From Octopus vulgaris (Eukaryota), in contig OX597819.1 in the NCBI GenBank assembly GCA_951406725.2, positions 77,624,001-77,688,000 of the forward strand: a stretch of 64,000 nt of DNA. The letters run 5' to 3'. The position numbers and the translations under genes are program-made. Under the pieces are notes generated by a model. That model ran no database searches. It had not been told where the DNA came from and saw only the letters and a program-made list of their open reading frames with translations. Shown here piece by piece: positions 55,654-64,000 of this stretch (position 1 is the stretch's first letter; each line of letters opens with the position of its first letter).

Positions 55654-56166
55654 TAAATAGAGAGAGAGATAGCTAGACAGACAGATAAACAGACAGACAG
55701 ATAGGTAGATAGGTAGATAGATAGATAGATGGAAAGAAAGGAAGACAGACACACACAAAGACAGATTGATAGAGATGAAGATGTAATAGAGAATAAGAAG
55801 GGCAAAGAGAAAGCATCTCTCTCTCTCTGTCTCTCACTCGATCGGTCTGTCTGTCTGTCTATCTATCTAGCTATGTCTGTCTCTCCCTCTACCTCTGTCT
55901 CTGTCTGTCTGTCTCTCTTATATATATATAGACAGACAGGTGGATAGATACCTCGTGTGTATCATAAGTTGAAGACGGGAAGGATGACTTCCCTTTGCAA
56001 ATACTGACAGGACACAGATAGTGTGTCTATGGCCAGCTGGAGGAGTGTGTCCTCCTGGGGCTAAAAACTACAGTAGCATCCACCCTTAGGGGTTAGCCAT
56101 ATTGAAATGGCAAAAATACGTCACTATATATATATATATATGTATGTATGTATATATATATGTATG

Positions 56167-56200
<34 letters not shown>

Positions 56201-56269
56201 TGTATGTATGTATATATATATATATATTTACATAATACATAGTACATATCCGTGTGTATAAACACACAG

Positions 56270-56322
<53 letters not shown>

Positions 56323-56347
56323 TAGTGTGTGGAAGAGATAGAGAGGC

Positions 56348-56390
<43 letters not shown>

Positions 56391-56514
56391 ACTGAAGCAT
56401 AAAATGAGGATGGAGAGGAAGTACAAATAAGAGAGATAGAAATGGAGATGACATCAAACGCCCAAACTGACCCAAACAATCATAAAAATGTACACACACA
56501 CATACACACGCACG

Positions 56515-56551
<37 letters not shown>

Positions 56552-56767
56552 ACGCACACACACATGAACATGTATATTATGTGAGTAAGATTTATAGAGG
56601 AAGTAATTGGATAAAGAAAGTGCCAAAATGAATACCACAAAAGATAATGTTTAAGTTAACGTTTACACATAAACATACACGTATGCACACGTTTATAAGC
56701 ATATACTTAAATAGGTACACCCGAAAATATGTGATATACGACTTCATCATACGAATATATCTGTCTG

Positions 56768-56841
<74 letters not shown>

Positions 56842-56914
56842 CACCTGTCTGTCTATGCTTGACCGCTAAATCTACAAGTTTTTTCATACTCTCTCTGTTC
56901 ATTTTCTCTTATTC

Positions 56915-56950
56915 CTTTCAGCTGAAGAGCGTAGGCTCGAAACGTAAAAG
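56915..56950 (+). ncRNA. Minimal hammerhead-like motif with variant core
   Basis: cttt CAGCTGA A GAGC-GTAG-GCTC GAAAC GTA aaag. Stems I and II pair and stem III is the palindrome ACGT, but the core deviates from CUGANGA in this register. Confidence 0.55.
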
Positions 56951-57446
56951 ACTTTTTTCATTTTCCCGAGCGTCTAAGTTTTCTGATACTAAGCGAGATG
57001 CGACCCCTTGTAATACTTCCTGATGATGGAGGCAGTTATCTAAAATTTCGGATATGAACATCTATTAATTTACAAGGATTATTGAAATGGCCCCAAAAAT
57101 GGCCATAGGAGAATTAATTTGATATTTACCTTGAAAAAAAAAAAAAAAACGAAAAAAACCAATTCTTAATTTATGAATTATTATTTTTTATACATTATAC
57201 CCTGGACATTTTATTACCTTATAATCTTTTTTAACACCGTTTGTTAACCTAACATTTACTAGTAAGTAGGTCTATACCTTTTTAATATGTTTATATTATA
57301 TTTCTTATGTATTTTTATAGATTTTCATAATTTGTCGTAGATATATGTTTATTATATTTTTAATATTTTTTGTGTGTCTGTAATTTAGAAACTTTTAGTA
57401 TTGTTTCAATATTCAATATTTTTAGTATATTTCGGTATTAATATTT

Positions 57447-57845
57447 TCTTTTCTACTCTAAGCAGAAGGCCCAAAATTTTTGGGGAGGGGGCCAGTCGAT
57501 TAGATCGACTCCAATACGTAACTGGTACTTAATTTATTGACTCCGAAAGGATGAAAGGCAAAGTCGACCTCAGCGGAAATTGAACTCAGAACGTAGCAGC
57601 AGACGAAATACCTATTTCTTTACTACCCAAAATGGGCTAAACACAGAGAGGACAAACAAGGACAGACAAACGGATTAAGTCGATTATATAGACCCCAGTG
57701 CGTAACTGGTACTTATTGAATCGACCCCGAAAGGATGAAAGGCGAAGTCGACCTCGGTGGAATTTGAACTCAGAACGTAAAGACAGACGAAATACGGCTA
57801 AGCATTTCACCCGGCATGCTAACGTTTCTGCCAGCTCGCTGCCTT
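57447..57845 (-). mobile_element. SINE family A, dimeric variant
   Basis: Reverse complement of the 28063-28465 architecture. Confidence 0.88.
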
Positions 57846-57997
57846 GATGCCTTAAATATATTATAATTACTCCTTTTGGCTCGGTTTCTATTGTAATGTT
57901 TTTGAGTTGTCGAACCTGTCTGATTTCTCATCTTTAATTTGAAAAATATTTATACCTAGTGTCACAGGTTCAATACTTGAGCACTTCCCATTGTCTG

Positions 57998-58030
<33 letters not shown>

Positions 58031-58034
<4 letters not shown>

Positions 58035-59740
58035 TTGGCATCCTTTTTGTCTCGGGAAACAATGGAGTTGCGCATAAAGTAGTCTAGTCCGGCTTTTACA
58101 TTTCATGTCCTGAAACACTTCCTGATGTGGCTGTGTAGTCCTATCCTGGACAAACACTCCCTCTGGCAGGTACCGCAAATGTAGCGAAGACTGTTCCTGG
58201 CTGGTTGTAATGCCATAGTTTCTTGTTGACGTCTTTTCTTGTCTTTCCATTTCTCCTCTCTCTCTCTGTGTCACTTCTTTGTATTCCCTCTCCTATGGTA
58301 CGTCGCCAGACTCCACGGTTGCCGGCAACTGCCTCCCAACCGCTAATATTGATGTTGCAGGCATTCATGTCCCTTTTGCAAACATCCTTGTAACGTAAGA
58401 GCGGTCTACCCACAGACCTAGTACCCCGAGCAAGTATGTCCTTGGGGGTTCTGCCATCTTTCATACGGCTAACATGCCCAAGCCATCTCATACGTCTTTG
58501 TGTGAGGAGTGCAAACATGCTTGGTATTCCTGCATGCTTGAGGACATCTTTGTTGGGGATATGGTTCTGCCATTTGATGCGGATGATTTTCCGGAGGTAG
58601 CGCAGGTGAAAGATGTTTAGGCGACGCTCTTGGCGTGTGTATAGCGTCCAAGTCTCACTTCCACACAGTAGAGTGCTAAGTACACATGTCTGGTAGATCT
58701 TCATTTTCGTGGTCTTGGTCAACTTATTGTTGTCCCAAGCCCGTTTGGAGAGTTGGGCCATCGCAGCAGCTGCTTTGCCAATGTGTATATTGAGCTCAGC
58801 GTCGAGGGATAGGTTGTAGGTAACGGTAGAGCTAAGATAGGTAAACTTCTCCACCTCTTGTAGTCTGTGGTCTCCAATATGTATGTTTGGAATGTCCGAT
58901 GTAGCCTGACCCATGATGTTGGTCTTCTGGAGGCTGATAACTAAGCCAAAGTCGTTACATGCTTTCTCAAAACAGTTAATGAGCCTTTGGAGGGCTTTTT
59001 CTGTCTGTGATACCAGAGCGGCATCATCAGCAAATAGCATCTCCTTGATCAGGACGTTTCTGATTTTGGTCTTGGCACGCAGGCGCGAGAGATTGAACAG
59101 TTTCCCGTCACTTCTACTGTGCAGAAACACTCCATCATCTGATGTCTGAAAGGCATGTGACTGCGGCAGCGAGAAGATGCCAAACAATGTAGGAGCGAGG
59201 ACACAACCTTGCTTTACCCCGTTTTTTATTTGGAAGGCGGCTGATGTTGAACCGTTGTGCTGTATGGTGTCTTGCATGTCATCATGGAAAGACTTGATGA
59301 TCCTCAGCAGCTTTGGTGGACATCCGATTTTTTGGAGCAGGGTGAAGAGGCCTGTTCTGCTTACCGAGTCAAAGGCCTTTGTTAGATCAATGAAGGCCAT
59401 ATATAATGGCATTCTCTGCTCTCTGGACTTCTCTTGAAGTTGGCGTATGGAGAATATCATATCGATAGTTGATCTGCTTCTTCTAAAGCCACACTGCGAT
59501 TCCGGATAGATTCGAGAAGCAAGTAGTTGTAGCCTGGCCAGGATAACGCGGGCAAAGGTCTTTCCAACAGTGCTTAGAAGAGATATTCCACGGTAATTGT
59601 TACAATCACCACGGTCACCTTTGTTTTTGTAAGCGTAATGATGTTAGCATCCCTCATATCCTGAGGGACTGTACCCTCTTCCCAGCACTGACACAGAAGC
59701 TCATGAAGGTGCCGAAGCAGGATGGTGTTTTTGCCGGCTT

Positions 59741-59744
<4 letters not shown>
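58031..59744 (-). mobile_element. RTE-clade LINE, 5'-truncated, inserted in (TA)n
   Basis: RT motifs FIDLTKAFDSV, GVKQGCVLAP, LFADD. C-terminal CGTCQRECLSRIGLHSHIRKC. Short 3' UTR. (TA)n on both sides. Confidence 0.93.
58103..59744 (-). CDS. Reverse transcriptase of RTE-clade LINE (truncated, at least two frameshifts; main ORF 58141..59460)
   Basis: ORF track 439 aa plus upstream frame IKAGKNTILLRHLHELLCQCWEEGTVPQDMRDANIITL. Confidence 0.75.
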
Positions 59745-59795
<51 letters not shown>

Positions 59796-59960
59796 CCTGC
59801 ACATATAAATAATATTTGTAGCCACTTCAACATGAGTGTCCGTACGAACGGACTTTTTTAACCCCAAGAGGACATCTCCTTTAGCGGATTAACGATGCAC
59901 AGCCGCATCCGAGATATTGCAAGCAGGAGAGCGAACGCCTACCACCTTCTAGTGACGGGA

Positions 59961-60010
59961 CTAGCAGACCAGCCTGGTTTCTGGCTACTTCTACCCCTCT
60001 TCAGTTCTGG
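59961..60010 (-). ncRNA. Type I hammerhead ribozyme motif, partly decayed
   Basis: Minus strand: ccagaa CTGAAGA GGGGTA-GAAG-TAGCCA GAAAC CAG-G-CTG GTC tgctag. Core and stem III intact; mismatches in stems I and II. Confidence 0.65.
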
Positions 60011-60118
60011 ATACTTCGTCTTCTAGAGATGACCGTAGCTTGCAGTATGTATCGTTTCAAACCAAGTACAGTCGCTGATTTTGTAACAGCGCGTAGTAGT
60101 TGTACTAATACAAATATA

Positions 60119-60468
60119 AAGGCGCAAGCGCAAGCGTGGCTTTGAGGTAAGAAGTTTGCTTCCCAACCACATGGTTCCGGTTTCAGTCCCACTGCGTACT
60201 ACCTTGAGCAAGTGTCTTTTTCTATCGCCTCGGACCGACCAAAGCATTGTGAGTGGAGTTGCTAGACAGGAACTGAAAGCAGCCCGTTGGATATATATAT
60301 ATATATATATAAATAGTGGCTGTGTGGTAAGTAGCTTGCTTACCAACCACATGGTTCCGGGTTCATTCCCACTGCGTAATACCTTGGCCAAGTGTCTTCT
60401 ATAGCCTCGGGCCGACCAAAGCCTTGTGAGTGGATTTGGTAGACGGAAACTGAAAGAAGCCCGTCGTA

Positions 60469-60554
<86 letters not shown>

Positions 60555-60781
60555 ATATATATAGTGTGTGTGTGTATGTTTGTATGTCAGTGTTTGTCCC
60601 CTCAATATCAATTGACAACCGATGCCGGCGTGTTTAACACGCCGTAACTTAGCGGTTCGGCAAAAGAGACAGATAGAATAAGTACCAGGCTTACATAGAA
60701 TAAGTCACACGGTCGATTTGCTCGACTAAAGGCGATGCTCCAGTATGGCCGCAGTCAAATGACTGAAATAAGTAAAAGAGT
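60119..60781 (+). mobile_element. SINE family B: a 5' half (60119-60290) followed by a full copy (60315-60781)
   Basis: Two heads and one 3' module. Confidence 0.85.
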
Positions 60782-60814
60782 AGCCCAAAGTAACCGGCAA
60801 CGTTCTCGGTGGGA

Positions 60815-61061
60815 CAAAGCCGTTGTTGTTCAGCTTACCAAGGATGCTGCTATGAGCAAAACGCAAGTTTACGAGTGGTTTTCATGCTTTAGGAATGGTC
60901 ACTTGTTGCTTGAAGACCAACTTCATCCAGAGCGTTCGTCGACCTCCGAAGAAATGAAAACATCATGAAAATTCATGAACTGATCTTGGAGAACCATCAC
61001 TGGACAATTGATGAACTTGTTGATATGACTGGTGTACCCTGGTTATGACTGGTGTATCCTG
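60815..61061 (+). pseudogene. Mariner transposase N-terminal (HTH) relic
   Basis: DAAMSKTQVYEWFSCFRNG...LEDQLHPERSSTS, then NIMKIHELILENHHWTIDELVDMTGV in a shifted frame. Confidence 0.8.
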
Positions 61062-61066
61062 TAAAT

Positions 61067-61121
61067 GATTATTTACCTAAAATTCAGTGAAATACATCCA
61101 CTGAATTTTAGGTAAATAATC
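61067..61121. repeat. Perfect 23 bp inverted repeat with 9 nt loop
   Basis: gattatttacctaaaattcagtg / cactgaattttaggtaaataatc. Confidence 0.92.
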
Positions 61122-61164
61122 CTTCGAACAGACGGTCAGTAGCGACGCCTGCTGGGTTCGGCTA

Positions 61165-61207
61165 CTCCATATTGATAAGGGGCAAATACCCCGAAACTAG
61201 TCTGTAG
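61165..61207 (+). ncRNA. Type I hammerhead motif with U3-A8 core variant
   Basis: ctccata TTGATAA GGGG-caaata-CCCC GAAAC TA GTC tgtag. Palindromic stem III ACTAGT. Confidence 0.65.
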
Positions 61208-61479
61208 ATGCCAGACCAGCAAGGGGAAGCGGCTGACCTCCCCTGTTCGGAGGTTATAATACACACAGGTTCGTGTGTCACATAGCTAGTTAGAGGCGAT
61301 GGCCTCTTGGAGTTAATCAACGGCAGCATTCGTCCTATTTTACTGGAATGGCATGTTAGCTTGGCGATAACTGTTAATATCCAGTACCGCTGCCGTAGTC
61401 TCCTTTAGAGAGACTTAGAAATATTAATTACATATATACATACATATGTATATCCATACATACATAAATGCATACATAT

Positions 61480-62021
61480 ATTCTTTTATTCTTTAACTCG
61501 TTCCAGTCATTTGACTGAGGCCATGCTGGAGCACCGCCTTGAAGGGTTTTAGTTGAACAAGTCGATCCAAGGACTTATTTTTTAAAGCCTAATACTTATT
61601 GTATCAATCTCTTTTGCTGAACCAAGTTATGGGACGTAAACACACCAACACTGGTTGCCAAGCGGTGGTGTGGGACAAACACAGACACAAAGACATGCAC
61701 GTGCGCGCACCCCCACATATATATGTGTATACACACACATATTGAGAGAGACAATAAGAAATGGAGCAAAAATTAACAATGAGAAGTGGGTCATTGGTGT
61801 TTTAAAGTCATTATTTAATTAAGATGATCCACTTCTCATTGTTAATTATTGCTCCATTTCTTATCGTCTCTATATATATTAAACCACGGTTTTACCTTTA
61901 AATTACCTACTACCGTATATCTTATAACAAGGAACATACATACTGAGGTAATGCAACAGGAGTGACTATGGATACATCTATCCCTCAGAGGGTTACATTA
62001 CCTCTAACAGATATCTTAGAC

Positions 62022-62080
<59 letters not shown>

Positions 62081-62112
62081 ACGACGGGTTTCTTTCAGTT
62101 TCCGTCTACCAA
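61480..62112 (-). mobile_element. SINE family B interrupted by a fold-back insert (~61741-62020)
   Basis: 3' module at 61480-61690 and part of the 5' module at 62080-62112. Confidence 0.7.
61747..61871. repeat. 48 bp-arm inverted repeat
   Basis: agagacaataagaaatggagc...gagaagtgggtcat versus atgatccacttctc...gctccatttcttatcgtctct. Confidence 0.85.
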
Positions 62113-62649
62113 GGAAGCGAACGACACATTTTTCGATCACACGACACCTTTGCTTCCTGTAATACCTTAATCCAGTTAACTACTCGGAGCTCCGAATGTA
62201 CTTTGTCAATTTGCCAGACAGAAACTATCCTCACAAGCACATCCCTATACATCTTTCACGCAAGCAAATCTTATAAACGACAGACTACAGCGAATAATCT
62301 GTCGATGGCTGTGCTGTAATAGTGCAGACGAAGGCCATTACTGAGAAAACCTATGGGAAAACAACAACCGCATTCACCTTGAAATTTTTTTATTTACCAC
62401 TGCAGCTCTTACAAGCCTACCATAAGAAAAGAATATCGAGTTCTTTTGTGCTTCATTTAGTTTTTAAATCCTTTATTCTTTTGCCTGCTAAGTTGCTCTT
62501 TGAGTCTTCCGATCGCGTGCGCTGGTCCACTGCATTTCTGAGAATCAGAATGATAAGAGAGTGTATATGCAACTTGGGTAGAACAAAATCACAAAATTTA
62601 ATCAGTAAATTTATCCCCTTCTAGCCTTCCAGTTCTACACACACACTAA

Positions 62650-63030
62650 ATGCGAAAGTACCTCGGTCGGTCCAAACTAACAAAGCCATCGATTCTGACA
62701 ATGAACATTCCTCTACCCTCGAAGATTGCATCCAAGAGCAAGCCTTTATTTTTACTAACCTCTTCTCCTCTGTGTATGTGCGTGGGGGGGGGAGTTGCCC
62801 TGATCTTTAGATATATGCTACTATGTGCCTCATTCCTAATGAAGGCAACTAGCATTGACGACTTCACCAGGTCATTTCTTTTCAGAATGTCGGCTTACCG
62901 GAATTCTCTTCCCGCGCTTGTCTTTATCACAGGTATTAATTTTCAGCGGTCCAAGAACATAGATGGCATCAATTTCATTACTCTTGAAGGACCTGGAAAA
63001 GCCTTTGGTAGGGCTCCTTCTTCCAGTTTC
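62650..63030 (+). pseudogene. Possible decayed LINE apurinic-type endonuclease fragment
   Basis: GGGVALIFR and ITGINF resemble the APE motifs GGGVA and GDFN. Weak. Confidence 0.3.
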
Positions 63031-63110
63031 AGAAAAAAAGACAAGGACAGTTGTACACTATTTACATTGTTTACAATTGACGGATATTTGTCCTCATCAT
63101 GTTTGTTGTT

Positions 63111-63156
63111 AACACAACGTTTCGGCTGATATACCCTCCAGCCTTCATCAGGTGTC
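63111..63156 (-). ncRNA. Minimal type I hammerhead ribozyme
   Basis: Minus strand: gacac CTGATGA A GGCTG-gagggtatat-CAGCC GAAAC GTT gtgtt. Intact core, 5 bp stems I and II, palindromic minimal stem III (AACGTT). Confidence 0.85.
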
Positions 63157-63235
63157 TTGGGGAAATTTCTAAACTGGGTTCTCATTCCTAAGGTATTTTT
63201 CAATGTCGTCGTTGTTGTTGTTCTTATTATTATTC

Positions 63236-63309
63236 AGGTCAATGCCTGGAATCGAACTCGGAATCTTGGGGTTTGTAGCCCGCGCTCTTAACCACTACGC
63301 CATATGCCC
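63236..63309 (-). promoter_or_regulatory. tRNA-derived internal RNA polymerase III promoter (A and B boxes)
   Basis: A box TGGCGTAGTGG and B box GAGTTCGATTCC at tRNA spacing. Acceptor stem is degenerate, so this is not a functional tRNA. Confidence 0.75.
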
Positions 63310-63419
63310 GTGGACAGTTGTGTCCAGAAAATCTTAGATCATGGGTCTGTTCGACCAGTAGTAGTATGTAACTGCAACAACAGGAATATATCGACATTTA
63401 TTCCAAGAACTACAGTCGA

Positions 63420-63840
63420 TGTAGGCATGGCAATATGGTTGAGAAACTCGGTTTGTAAACACGTGGTTTGAGGTTCAATCACATTACGTGTCACTTTGGT
63501 CAAGTATCTTCTACTATAGCCCTGGGTCGACAATTTGTTAATGCGTTTGGTTGATAGAAACTGTTGAAAGCCGTCATATATATATATATATATATACATA
63601 CGTAGCTGTGCGGTAATAAAGTTGCTTCCTAACTACATGGTTCTGAGTTCAGATCCACTGCGTGACACCTTGGGAAAGTGTCTTCTACTACTACAGCGTG
63701 AGACTGACCAAAGCCTTATGATTTGGTAGACGGAAACTGAAAGAAGCCGTCGTATATATATCTGCGTGCGTGTTTTGCGTCTGTGTTTGTCCCTCCCACC
63801 GTCGTTTGACAACCGATGTTGGTATGTTTGCGTACCCGTA
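63420..63840 (+). mobile_element. Two partial SINE family B copies
   Basis: Heads at ~63420 and ~63600, followed by family B modules. Confidence 0.75.
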
Positions 63841-63857
63841 TACATGCATATACATAC

Positions 63858-63908
<51 letters not shown>

Positions 63909-64000
63909 TATATATATACATATATATATATATACACATACATACATACATATATATATACAGACACATACATACATACATATATATATATATACAGACA

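Larger units (their letters stand above)
63050..63326 (-). mobile_element. tRNA-headed, hammerhead-containing short element
   Basis: tRNA-like head 63309-63236, (AAT/AAC)n linker, body, hammerhead 63156-63111, and a tail homologous to 31679-31733. Confidence 0.8.

Noticed and set aside
57015-57065. CTGATGA followed by a weak hairpin
   Set aside because: No GAAA box or stem I.
61952-62005. gaggtaatgcaac/gttacattacctc hairpin preceded by CTGA
   Set aside because: Neither hammerhead box is complete.
63236-63309. Possible tRNA gene
   Set aside because: Acceptor and anticodon stems pair poorly and there is no downstream T-run; treated as an element head. The same applies to all SINE heads in the window.

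Overview
AT-rich eukaryotic genomic DNA saturated with repeats. The SINE types and microsatellite load look like a coleoid cephalopod (octopus-like); this is my inference and is unverified. I find no supportable host protein-coding exon. Almost all long ORFs in the track are translated microsatellites. Real coding sequence is all transposon-derived: (i) a cluster of 5'-truncated R4/Dong-type non-LTR retrotransposons (RT + CCHC + restriction-like endonuclease) inserted in one orientation into (TAA)n runs at 10.3-20.0 kb, (ii) an RTE-clade LINE at 58.0-59.7 kb plus an older RTE fragment, (iii) DD37D/maT and mariner transposase relics, and (iv) a Penelope-like GIY-YIG relic. Non-autonomous Helitron, Helentron-type, Tigger-like and hAT-like MITEs are present, along with dozens of tRNA-derived SINE copies from several families. 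The most notable signal is in no ORF: a set of sequence-diverse type I hammerhead ribozyme (HHR) motifs. About six are near-canonical and several more are decayed. Most sit next to fold-back inverted repeats and (TA)n-type microsatellites, as expected of Penelope-like elements or retrozymes. One lies downstream of a tRNA-derived Pol III head (63050-63326, minus strand), one carries a compensatory U3-A8 core pair (61165-61207), and two form an inverted pair with a long stem II (32448-33019). All structures were read by eye; none was folded computationally or tested.
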